A stretch of 64,000 nt of DNA, from assembly GCA_963705505.1 (NCBI GenBank), contig CAVPJU010000010.1, forward strand, positions 288,001 to 352,000. Reading direction: 5' to 3'. The translations under genes were made by a program, and so were the position numbers. The notes under the pieces are model-generated. The model was not told the origin of the DNA, did no database searches, and was given only the letters and a program-made list of their open reading frames with translations. Position 1 is the first letter of the stretch. Each line of letters begins with the position of its first letter. The stretch comes from an uncultured bacterium (lineage in GTDB: Bacteria > Desulfobacterota_D > UBA1144 > Nemesobacterales > UBA2774). Shown piece by piece: positions 52,904-64,000 of the stretch.

Positions 52904-53674
52904 TCAGGGACCGGCTATTTCTATTTCCATTCCGTCGTATGCCGGGACTATGGAGTCGGGGAGCTCTCTCGTAAGCGTATCGTAGTCGAGCTCGTGTCCC
53001 ATGTGTGTGAGTACCGTGAGCCCGGGATTTATCTTCCGGGCTGTTTCCACGGCCTGCTCGACATTCAGATGAGCCGGGTGGGGCCTGTACCTGAGGGCGC
53101 TTATGATGAGCAGGTCGAGGTCTTTGAGCTTCTCCCACGACCAATCGGGGATACCGCTGCAGTCGGTGAGGTAGGCCATCCCGCCTATCCTGTAACCGAA
53201 TATGGTCCAGTCGGCGTGATACACGTCGACGGGAATTATTGTTATACCGTCAAAATCGAACTCATCCGCAACCGTGTTCAGGGTAAGCTTCGGCTTCCCT
53301 CCGGAGGACTTTACCCCGTCGAATATGTATTTGAAATTTTTCTTAATATTTTTGATAGTTTGCATATTCCCAAAACACGGGATCGCCGTTTTATTTATGA
53401 AATTGTATATCCTCAGCTCATCTATACCGTGCGTATGGTCGGCATGGGAATGGGTATAGAGGACGGCGTCGAGCCTGGTTATACCGTGCCTAAGTGCCTG
53501 AAATCTAAGGTCTGTCGATGTATCAATGAGTATGTTCTTCCCCTTTGCCTCCACGAGCACCGAGCACCTGGTCCGGCTGTTTTTCGGATTTTTCGACGTG
53601 CACACGGGACAGACGCAGCTGACTATGGGGACCCCTGTCGATGTGGCGCAGCCCAGTATAGTTACCTTCATCAT
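52904..53674 (-). CDS. MBL-fold metallo-hydrolase (PhnP/YycJ-like)
   Basis: STGVP..C.C..C, THSHADHTHGID, YLTD, THMGH. Confidence 0.9.
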   Translation of the reverse strand: MMKVTILGCATSTGVPIVSCVCPVCTSKNPKNSRTRCSVLVEAKGKNILIDTSTDLRFQALRHGITRLDAVLYTHSHADHTHGIDELRIYNFINKTAIPCFGNMQTIKNIKKNFKYIFDGVKSSGGKPKLTLNTVADEFDFDGITIIPVDVYHADWTIFGYRIGGMAYLTDCSGIPDWSWEKLKDLDLLIISALRYRPHPAHLNVEQAVETARKINPGLTVLTHMGHELDYDTLTRELPDSIVPAYDGMEIEIAGP

Positions 53675-53811
53675 TAGAAATTTATCACCAAGTTTCAATC
53701 ATTTCAAAAGATTTACCCTTTAAATTGAAAGAAAATCCGGTAAAATGTTAAAGTGATTTATAAAATACCATTTACAAATGACCACTGAAATAATATAATT
53801 AAAGTACGAAA

Positions 53812-55548
53812 GTGAGCACAAAACCGCGATTTTCCGCAATCGTCGTCTCTCTTGCCCTGCTCGTCCTCTTTTCACACAGCTCGTACGCCGAGGACAAGGG
53901 CGAAAAATTATATACGGAAACCTTCCAGCTCTATAAATCGCTCGCAGTCAGCCAGGAAAAGGTAAACAATAAGGAGATTTGGGATACGATCGCAAGGGCG
54001 TTTTACAGCATCTATATAAACTATCCCGAAAGCGATAAGGCTCCGAGCTCCCTTTTCATATCGGGAAAAATGTACGAGGAAATGGGGGAAAGGTTCGGCT
54101 CGGAGGACGACCTTGATAAGGCCGTGGACTATTCGAGACTCTTCGTAAAGAGATACCCGGACAGCAACCTGGCGGACGACGCTCAGCTCAGGGTCGCCAG
54201 GATCGTCGAGAAAAACAGCAAAAGTCAGGCCTACCTCGAATATGAAAAAGTCATCGAGGATTACCCGAACGGCGATATGAGAACGATCGCAAACAATAAA
54301 ACCCAGGACCTCGCCCTTTTCAAACCCGTTTCAAAAACAACCGACGCCCGTGAAGACAATAACGATACCGCAGAAACGGCTCCGTCCGATCCGGCCGGGA
54401 GCGGTCTCGTCAACGTGAGGGAGATACGGCACTGGTCTACAGACAATTTCACGAGGGTGGTGATCCACCTCGACAAGGAAACTCCCTTCAAGCCGATCCT
54501 CCTTAAAGAAGACCCCGCGAGCGGGAAGCCGCCTCGCCTCTTCGTGGATATATACGACACGAAGGTGGATAAGAACCTGTACGTCGAGCCTATAACGAAA
54601 GGGCTGCTCGAGGAAATAAAATTCGCGAGGAACACGAAAGACAGCGTCAGGGTGGTTCTCTATATCAAGAGCTTCGAGGATTATAAGGTCTTCGCGCTAA
54701 AAGACCCGTTCAGGATCGTTATGGACATACAGGGTAACCCGAAAGCGCACGAAGACTATAATGTCGCAAAAAAGGATACCGAGGATTACAAATACGAAAC
54801 CAAGCTGCCGGACGATCAGGTATCGAGCCTTTCTGAAGCGCTCGGTCTCAAGATAAGGACGATCGTAATCGACGCGGGACACGGCGGACACGATCCGGGA
54901 GCGATAGGTCCGTCGGGATTAAAAGAAAAACAGGTAACACTTAACGTCGCTAAGGCGCTCAAAGAGAAGCTCGATAAGGAAGGAAGGAAATACGGCATCA
55001 CGAACGTATACCTCACGAGGAGCGATGACCGGTTCATACCGCTCGAGGAGAGGACGGGTATCGCCAAGAAGATGGGTGCCGATTTATTCATTTCGATACA
55101 CTGCAACGCCGCCCGCGACAAACAGGCATACGGAACCGAAACATACTACCTGAGCCTCACCAAGGACCAGAGGTCCCTCGCCGTCGCGGCCCGTGAAAAC
55201 GCCACTACGAGCATATCGCGCGGTGAAATGTCGAAGGTCTTAAAGCAATACCTCCTAAGCGCGAAGATACAGGAATCCGAGCGCCTGGCCGGCTACGTCC
55301 AGAATTCGGTCGTAAGCACTATGTCCTCAAAATATCAGCCGGTAAGCAACAAGGGCGTGAAGAGGGCTCCCTTCATCGTCCTCATAGGCGCTGACATACC
55401 AAGCATACTGGTCGAGACGGCCTTCATCACCAACCCCAGGGATGAGAAGAGACTCGAGAGCAGTGATTACATCGATGAGCTCGCGGACGGTATATTCGCC
55501 GGAATCAAACGCTTCTCCACAGAAGTCCAGACCGCATCGCTCGAGTAA
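53812..55548 (+). CDS. N-acetylmuramoyl-L-alanine amidase (TPR-like, AMIN and amidase_3 domains)
   Basis: signal peptide, IDAGHGGHDPGA, ISIHCNA, LVETAFITN. Confidence 0.92.
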   Translation: MSTKPRFSAIVVSLALLVLFSHSSYAEDKGEKLYTETFQLYKSLAVSQEKVNNKEIWDTIARAFYSIYINYPESDKAPSSLFISGKMYEEMGERFGSEDDLDKAVDYSRLFVKRYPDSNLADDAQLRVARIVEKNSKSQAYLEYEKVIEDYPNGDMRTIANNKTQDLALFKPVSKTTDAREDNNDTAETAPSDPAGSGLVNVREIRHWSTDNFTRVVIHLDKETPFKPILLKEDPASGKPPRLFVDIYDTKVDKNLYVEPITKGLLEEIKFARNTKDSVRVVLYIKSFEDYKVFALKDPFRIVMDIQGNPKAHEDYNVAKKDTEDYKYETKLPDDQVSSLSEALGLKIRTIVIDAGHGGHDPGAIGPSGLKEKQVTLNVAKALKEKLDKEGRKYGITNVYLTRSDDRFIPLEERTGIAKKMGADLFISIHCNAARDKQAYGTETYYLSLTKDQRSLAVAARENATTSISRGEMSKVLKQYLLSAKIQESERLAGYVQNSVVSTMSSKYQPVSNKGVKRAPFIVLIGADIPSILVETAFITNPRDEKRLESSDYIDELADGIFAGIKRFSTEVQTASLE

Positions 55549-55568
55549 ATTCCCGGGAACCGCCCACG

Positions 55569-56657
55569 CTATCCGAAAAGGTAACCCCTAAGCGAGTGAA
55601 TGTCCTTCAGTCCTATGACCTCGGTATCGATCTCCGGGACAGGGAAGCACCTGTATCCCGAACCGAGCCTCTTTAATGCCTTCTTTTCGGCGTCCGCTTC
55701 GAGCTTATAATTTTTATAAAGTGTCAGGAGCTTCTCCCGGAGCCGAGGACTGCCGGCGAAATCCCCGTCATCGAGCTCCTTTATTCCCGGAAGGCCGTCA
55801 TTGACTTTTGTCCTGTTAACGACGACGGCTTCGACATGATAGTGTTCCGAGATGAGCTCCCTCTCCCAACTGAGCGTATTCTCTATCGAAGGCTCGCTCA
55901 GGTTCGTAACGATCAGGAAAGCAGCGGAAGGAGATTTGAGCAGGTCATAAGTCTTCCCCGCGCGGATTTTGATGCCATCGCTCACGGCCTCGAAGTCGGA
56001 AAAGAATTCCCACATGTCATGGAGCACTTCGAGCCCGACTATCCTTTGAATAAACCTGAGCGAAACGGAAGTGAAAAACCTCGTGAGGCCGAAGCTCAGC
56101 CTGTCCATAACGAAAAAGGACTTGAACCCTTTGGAATCGAGAATGGAAGTGAGCCTGAGAGGGGCAGAAAGAAATCCCGAGAGGTGCTCCGAAGGGGGCG
56201 TATCGACTACTATGAGGTCGTAAGAGCCCTCCTCGTAGGATGAGAAGAGGGCCTCCATGGCCATGAATTCATGCGCGCCCGCAATGGAGTCGGCGACGCT
56301 CCTGTAATAGTTGTTAGCGAGAATCCTCGATGCTGCGTCGTCCGATTGAGATACCTTGCGGATAAGCTCATCGAAGGTCTTCTTTACATCGAGAAGCTTT
56401 ACGGTGAGCTCCCCTTTCCCATCGTACCCCGCCTCCCTCAACCGTCGTTTAGGGACCTTTGCAGTCCCTGCTTCTCCCGACAAACCGAGGGATTGAGCGA
56501 GCCTCCTGGAAGGGTCAACCGTCAATGCGAGCGTCTTCTTTCCCCGTGAAGCGGCTTCGAGGGCGACAGCCGAGGAAATAGTCGTCTTACCGACGCCTCC
56601 CGAGCCTATACAAATAACCACCTTCACTTCTTCGACCAAACGGTCAAGCTTTTTCAT
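55569..56657 (-). CDS. ArsA/Get3 family ATPase, subunit B
   Basis: GSGGVGKT, TVDPSRRL, VDTPP. Confidence 0.88.
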   Translation of the reverse strand: MKKLDRLVEEVKVVICIGSGGVGKTTISSAVALEAASRGKKTLALTVDPSRRLAQSLGLSGEAGTAKVPKRRLREAGYDGKGELTVKLLDVKKTFDELIRKVSQSDDAASRILANNYYRSVADSIAGAHEFMAMEALFSSYEEGSYDLIVVDTPPSEHLSGFLSAPLRLTSILDSKGFKSFFVMDRLSFGLTRFFTSVSLRFIQRIVGLEVLHDMWEFFSDFEAVSDGIKIRAGKTYDLLKSPSAAFLIVTNLSEPSIENTLSWERELISEHYHVEAVVVNRTKVNDGLPGIKELDDGDFAGSPRLREKLLTLYKNYKLEADAEKKALKRLGSGYRCFPVPEIDTEVIGLKDIHSLRGYLFG

Positions 56658-57636
56658 CTTTCCCCGCGAGCTGCCTCTCAAGCCCGGAAGCGAATGTCTT
56701 TAAATCCGCGGGCATGAGGTCTTTTTTGAAAATTTTCGGGATAACCGTTACCCGGTCATTTAACCGCGCTTTCAGATTCTTGATATATTTATCGGACGTA
56801 TTCGCCCTGACTAAGTGGTCTTTAGCAAGTCCGAATACGCGTCCCCCGCCGGGCGCTCCGTCCTTTTCATCATGCCGGAGGATTATCCTCTCTTCATCCC
56901 CGGTGAAGGGGTTTTCATATACTTTATTAACGACCGTGAAGAGAACGGATATCCCTATCGATTGAACGGCGTCTATCAATTCGAGCGTTTCTCCGACCAC
57001 CATTTCTTCGGGCGCCGAAACCACGACGACCGCGGTCTTTCCGGGGTCTTTGAGGAAACCCTCCACCCATTCTATGTGGCTTTTGAACGCGCCGCCCCTT
57101 ACCATTTGAAGGACCTTCGACGGGAGATCGAGGACGGGGATCGCATGCCCCGTCGAAGGGGCGTCGAAGATCACCTGGTCGTACACAGAGCCGGAATTCC
57201 TGCCCTGCCCGCCCCTGTTTCCGAGATGCCAGACCTTGCCTATGGTAATGAGCTCCTTCAGGCCCGGCGCAGCTTCGAAGAAGGTCTGGAGGGTTTTGGA
57301 TTTGAGTATAGTCGCGTAAACCGGGTAGAGTCTGACGAAATTCTCGCGGATGTATTCCTTTAGCGCCGCATTCGGGTCTATATATACGGCTTTTATGCCA
57401 TTATCCAGCTGCTTCTCACCGCTGTCTATGCTCTTGTCAAAACCGAAAAAATATGCGCCCCGCTTGACCTCTTTGAGAGTCACGAAAAGAGGGCTTCTCT
57501 TGTGTTTAGCGTTCAGATAGGAAAGCGCAAGGGAGACGGCCGTCTTTCCGACACCGCCCTTCCCTGTAACGACTATGAGCTTCTTACTCAGCAGTTCTTC
57601 AATGTCCATATCAGCCGTCAATGCGGAATATGACAT
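56644..57636 (-). CDS. ArsA/Get3 family ATPase, subunit A
   Basis: GKGGVGKT, APGLKEL, FDAPSTGH, PEEM; start 57636 or 57609. Confidence 0.88.
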   Translation of the reverse strand: MSYSALTADMDIEELLSKKLIVVTGKGGVGKTAVSLALSYLNAKHKRSPLFVTLKEVKRGAYFFGFDKSIDSGEKQLDNGIKAVYIDPNAALKEYIRENFVRLYPVYATILKSKTLQTFFEAAPGLKELITIGKVWHLGNRGGQGRNSGSVYDQVIFDAPSTGHAIPVLDLPSKVLQMVRGGAFKSHIEWVEGFLKDPGKTAVVVVSAPEEMVVGETLELIDAVQSIGISVLFTVVNKVYENPFTGDEERIILRHDEKDGAPGGGRVFGLAKDHLVRANTSDKYIKNLKARLNDRVTVIPKIFKKDLMPADLKTFASGLERQLAGKDEKA

Positions 57637-57833
57637 CTAATTCTAACGCGCCGCATAATTACCGTCGGGAGTGCGTATTGATTTATCATTAATACTACCC
57701 GATCGGTATCGTTATCAGCCCCGATAAGGGATTCAGAACAAGCTAAAAATCCTGCGCCGCGCATGTTATTATTCATCATTCTCCCGGAAATATCAGGCAG
57801 AATTAAGATCATTGTACGGACGATTGAATCAGC

Positions 57834-59555
57834 GTGAGCAAGAACAGCGAAATAGCCGAAATATTCGAGCACATCTCCGATATGCTGAGCGTCCTCGATG
57901 AAAACCCTTTTAAGATAAGGGCGTACAGGAATGCTGCAACGAATATACTCGAGCTGAGTGAAGATATCGAAGATGTAGCCGCCCGCGATGAGCTGACCGA
58001 GATACCAGGGGTGGGGAAAGACCTCGCCGAGAAAATTACGGCGTATATCAAGACCGGGAAGATAAAAGAATACGACAAGCTCAAGGAAAAAGTCCCGCTA
58101 GAGCTCGTCGAACTCCTGGGTATCCAGGGCCTGGGACCGAAGACGCTGTCGCTCCTCTTCAAGGAGCTCAACGTCAGGAACCTCGCCGGTCTCGAGAAAG
58201 CGCTCGGAGGGGAGGAGATACTAAAGTTCAGGGGAATGGGGAAGAAGAAGATCGACGATATGAAAAGAGGGATCGAGATATTCAAGGAGAGCAAGGAGAG
58301 GACTCTCATCGGCGCAGCGCTCCCGCTTGCTGAAGAAATTGTGAGAGAGATTGCAAAGATCCCGGGGACAGAGGGCACGATACTGGCGGGCTCACTCAGA
58401 AGGATGAGAGAAACAGTAAGGGATATGGACATTCTCACGATCTCCGACAATACGGAGGCTGTCGTGGACGCATTCACCGGAATGAAGTTCGTAAAGGACG
58501 TGCTCGCTTCCGGCAGCACGAAGGGGAGCGTGATCCTGCGTGAAGGAATGCAGGCAGACCTCCGGGTCGTCGGGCCCGAGTCCTACGGGGCGGCCCTTAT
58601 GTATTTCACGGGATCCAAGGCCCACAATGTAAAGTTGAGAACGCTCGCCACAAAGAAGGGGCTCAAGATAAACGAGTACGGCGTATATAAAGGCGAGAAA
58701 ATGATAGCGGGCGAGACAGAGAAGGAAATGTATAAGACACTAGGCCTCCCTTACATACCTCCGGAACTCCGAGAGGACAGGGGCGAGATAGAGGCGGCAA
58801 TCGAAGGCAAGCTGCCCGACCTCATAGAGCTCGAGGACATAAAGGGCGACCTCCACACTCATACGAAATGGAGCGACGGCAAGGCGACGATAGAGGAGAT
58901 GGCCGAGAGCGCCCTCAGGCTCGGATACGAGTATATAGCGATCACGGATCACTCGCCGTCCCAAACGATAGCGAACGGCCTTTCGATCGAGAGGTTAAGG
59001 GCAAAGCAAAAGGAGCTTGAAACCGCAGCCAAAAAGTTTAAGAACATCAAAGTGCTCATGGGTACTGAAGTAGATATAAAGAGCGACGGCACTCTCGATT
59101 ACCCCGATAACGTGCTGAAAGAGCTCGATGTCGTCATAGCATCCGTCCACAGCGGGTTTAAGATGGAAAGGCAGACAATGACTAACCGTATCATAAAGGC
59201 GATAAAGAACCCTTACGTTCACGCCCTTGGGCATCCCACGGGAAGGCTTATAGGCGAGCGGGACCCCTATGACGTGGATATCGACCTCGTGATCGAGGCG
59301 GCGCTCGAGTACGGGAAGGCGCTCGAAGTTAACGGCTCCTACTGGAGGCTCGATATGAATGACCTTCATGCGAGGAAGGCCGTCGATGCGGGTGTAAAGG
59401 TAATTATCTCGACAGATGCGCACAGCACTGACCAGCTTCCCTTCATGAGGTACGGGGTGGGCACCGCGAGAAGGGGCTGGGTTCAGAAAAAGGACGTGCT
59501 CAATGCCCTGCCTTATAAAGAGTTGAAAGAGCGGCTGAAGGAGATAAGGAAGTAG
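57834..59555 (+). CDS. polX: DNA polymerase/3'-5' exonuclease PolX
   Basis: AGSLRR..ETVRDMD, YFTGSK, PPELRED, PHP domain HTHT/TDHS/DAH. Confidence 0.95.
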   Translation: MSKNSEIAEIFEHISDMLSVLDENPFKIRAYRNAATNILELSEDIEDVAARDELTEIPGVGKDLAEKITAYIKTGKIKEYDKLKEKVPLELVELLGIQGLGPKTLSLLFKELNVRNLAGLEKALGGEEILKFRGMGKKKIDDMKRGIEIFKESKERTLIGAALPLAEEIVREIAKIPGTEGTILAGSLRRMRETVRDMDILTISDNTEAVVDAFTGMKFVKDVLASGSTKGSVILREGMQADLRVVGPESYGAALMYFTGSKAHNVKLRTLATKKGLKINEYGVYKGEKMIAGETEKEMYKTLGLPYIPPELREDRGEIEAAIEGKLPDLIELEDIKGDLHTHTKWSDGKATIEEMAESALRLGYEYIAITDHSPSQTIANGLSIERLRAKQKELETAAKKFKNIKVLMGTEVDIKSDGTLDYPDNVLKELDVVIASVHSGFKMERQTMTNRIIKAIKNPYVHALGHPTGRLIGERDPYDVDIDLVIEAALEYGKALEVNGSYWRLDMNDLHARKAVDAGVKVIISTDAHSTDQLPFMRYGVGTARRGWVQKKDVLNALPYKELKERLKEIRK

Positions 59556-59576
59556 AGGGGCCGGGTTAATCAGCTT

Positions 59577-61734
<2,158 letters not shown>

Positions 61735-61826
61735 ATCAAGATAAATTTATATCAACACTCTCCATTGTTACTTCAATATTAAGCGGATGAAAGAAAAGGG
61801 AATAAAGGGATGATAAATATGAAAAT

Positions 61827-61856
61827 CCACCCTAACCCTCCTTTACGAAAGGAGGG
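61827..61856. repeat. family D palindrome between convergent genes (may act as terminator)
   Basis: CCACCCTAA-CCCTCCTTT-ACG-AAAGGAGGG. Confidence 0.7.
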
Positions 61857-61891
61857 AATTAAAAGCGCGGTCGGATTCTAGATGTTGTTTA

Positions 61892-62635
61892 TTACGAATT
61901 AAGATTCCGTCTCTGCCTTATGATCTCGTAAATCAGTATACCGGCGGAGACGGAGGCGTTGAGGGAGGCTACATTTCCCGCCTGCGGGATCGAAACGAGG
62001 AAGTCGCATTGCTCTTTAACTTTCTGACCTAACCCCCTACCCTCACTACCTATTACGAGTGCAATATCCAGATTGCCGAAGTCCTCCGCGTAGATATGCC
62101 TGGACGCGGACGGGTCGGCCCCTACTATCCATACCCCCTTCTTCTTAAGCACCTCGATAACGGTCGAGAGATTGACAACTTTGGCGATAAGCACATGATT
62201 CACGGCGCCGGAGGAAGCCTTGACTACGGCAGGAGTGACGGACGCGGCCCTGTCCTTGGGGATTACGACACCGTGACCCCCGAGTACGTTCACCGTCCTG
62301 ACGATCGCACCCAGGTTCTGAGGGTCCTCGATATGATCCAGTATCACGAGGAGGAGCTTCTCCCCCTTACTCCCAGCGAGGCCGAGAATGCTTTCGACGG
62401 TCGCGTATTCGAACTCCGATATCCTGGCCGCCACACCCTGATGGGAGGCGGTGCCCGAGACCCTGGTTATCGCATCCCGCGGAAGAAAGAGCACCTTTAT
62501 TCCCCTTTCCTTTGCGAGCGCAAAGATGTCAGAGGCGCTTTCCTTCTTGCCGTCCTTTGAAATGAGAACCTCATCAATCCTGGAATCGGGATCGGAGAGC
62601 AGCTCCTTAACGGGATTCTTACCGTAGATAATCAA
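61892..62635 (-). CDS. rlmB: 23S rRNA Gm2251 methyltransferase
   Basis: IYGKNPV, HQGV, DPQNLGAIVR, GSEGRG, SLNASV. Confidence 0.93.
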   Translation of the reverse strand: MIIYGKNPVKELLSDPDSRIDEVLISKDGKKESASDIFALAKERGIKVLFLPRDAITRVSGTASHQGVAARISEFEYATVESILGLAGSKGEKLLLVILDHIEDPQNLGAIVRTVNVLGGHGVVIPKDRAASVTPAVVKASSGAVNHVLIAKVVNLSTVIEVLKKKGVWIVGADPSASRHIYAEDFGNLDIALVIGSEGRGLGQKVKEQCDFLVSIPQAGNVASLNASVSAGILIYEIIRQRRNLNS

Positions 62636-62652
62636 CCTGAATACTCTCCGGA

Positions 62653-64000
62653 TTAATTCTGGGTTTTTTCCTGAGTTTGTTGCGCGGGTTTTTCGGAACT
62701 CTTTGTCCCGAATTCAGTCCTGGCCTGGTCGATCTTCAGAATTACGTTGTCCTTTATCCACTTTTCGTCCCACCATTCCACCGGACGTACGGGGATACCG
62801 TTAACATAGACACCGTAATGTAAATGATCCCCGGCAGCAAGCCCGGTCTGCCCGGTCTTACCGAGTATCTGCTCTTTAGTTATCTTATCCCCGACCTTCA
62901 CGTCTATCGAACTCATGTGACCGTAGAGCGTGGCGACGCCCATGCCGTGGTCTATGATCACGGTGTTACCGTAAATTCCCATCTCCCCCGCATAGACCAC
63001 CACGCCGTTGTTTGCAGCCTCTATCGGATACCTCTTTGTCACGGCGAGGTCATATCCGAGATGGTACTGTTTATCTATAGGCTCGTTGTTATATATATAA
63101 GTCCTCTCGTCCGCGAAGTTCGCCTCCACCTGTGAGTTCGTAAGCTGATGAAAAGCGCCTTGCCACAAAATCTCGTCCGTGGATTTAGAGCTTACTTCCC
63201 GTATCCTGGCCTCGTTCTTCTTCCTCAGATCGCTGTTCACCTTGAGGAATATCTGTTTGTAATCCGCCTGCCCCTTCTCGCCCGATAGCGGGATAACGAC
63301 ATTCTCTATAAAATCGTTGCTTATATTGAGGTTGCTCTTTTTGTATTCAATATCTTTCAGTGTGTAGGGGACACCCACGCTCTTCTGGTTCCCGGCCGCG
63401 TCTTCGGCAACCAGATATATACTCTCACCGGGGGCTACGTTGTAAGGGTATGCAAAAAATACGAGATACACGTCGTCTTCGGCGAATTTCCCCTTGTACC
63501 CCGGGAAGAAATAGTCCCCTATTTTGACTCCGCTCTTCACTACGTCGGGCGAGGTTTTATATACGACCAAGGCTGAGCCGCCGAAGTTTATGTAGTTCTC
63601 CGTGCTCATTAGATCGACCGCAGGCGGGATGAGGTCGAGGTTGATATTCCTGCTCGCGACAGTCTTGTTTCCCGAAAAGAACCTGAGCCGTGAATTGTCG
63701 ATAGCCGTGACACGGAGCTCTGCGGGCCCGTTTTTGATCCCCAGCTTCTTGGCATCGATATTTATATTGATCTTGTCTCCATTGACGCCGGCGTGATAAT
63801 CCTTATTCACGAGCACAGTCTCCCCGTCCTGATTAATCAGGAGGACCGTGACATTCTTTAAGCCCGTACCCTTATCACTTACCTCGATGTCAAAGGGCTT
63901 CACGCCTACATCAGCGGTATCGAGCTTTATATCGATGACGGGGGAATGCCATTCAATTTTAGGGTAAATGTAAATTATCCCGCCTATGATTAATATCAGT
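62653..64000 (-). CDS. M23 family metallopeptidase, 5' end outside the window
   Basis: HLGYD, YGNTVIIDHG, YGH, HLHY; frame stays open to the window edge through a TM segment. Confidence 0.9.
   Translation of the reverse strand, partial: LILIIGGIIYIYPKIEWHSPVIDIKLDTADVGVKPFDIEVSDKGTGLKNVTVLLINQDGETVLVNKDYHAGVNGDKININIDAKKLGIKNGPAELRVTAIDNSRLRFFSGNKTVASRNINLDLIPPAVDLMSTENYINFGGSALVVYKTSPDVVKSGVKIGDYFFPGYKGKFAEDDVYLVFFAYPYNVAPGESIYLVAEDAAGNQKSVGVPYTLKDIEYKKSNLNISNDFIENVVIPLSGEKGQADYKQIFLKVNSDLRKKNEARIREVSSKSTDEILWQGAFHQLTNSQVEANFADERTYIYNNEPIDKQYHLGYDLAVTKRYPIEAANNGVVVYAGEMGIYGNTVIIDHGMGVATLYGHMSSIDVKVGDKITKEQILGKTGQTGLAAGDHLHYGVYVNGIPVRPVEWWDEKWIKDNVILKIDQARTEFGTKSSEKPAQQTQEKTQN

Overview
Core-chromosome segment of a Gram-negative bacterium with deltaproteobacteria-like synteny (ftsH-folP-cdaA-cdaR-glmM-pdxJ; metK-ahcY-xerD-S2P-scpA-scpB; polX-ligA). 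Ca. Dadabacteria/Desulfobacterota-like is my unverified impression. It holds about 57 CDS and one tRNA-Leu(GAG); I saw no CRISPR, rRNA, integrase or transposase. Five single-base insertions split folC (twice), rpe, pepA and a small gene, and are most likely assembly errors. Highlights: (1) a self-contained sigma54 module in which a GAF-PAS enhancer-binding protein, a candidate UAS and a consensus -24/-12 promoter precede a hidden 86-aa signal-peptide protein and a SAM methyltransferase; (2) a 1.8-kb integrase-less islet bounded by tRNA-Leu and a decayed copy of its 3' half; (3) several co-oriented REP-like palindrome families, including one REP inserted cleanly inside another and a ~245-bp nested fold-back element; (4) a DnaD-like/DnaC-like pair outside any prophage; (5) twin ArsR repressors bracketing a type III PKS-methyltransferase pair; (6) an asymmetric ArsA/Get3-like ATPase pair. 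All product calls come from motif recognition by eye, not from database searches.
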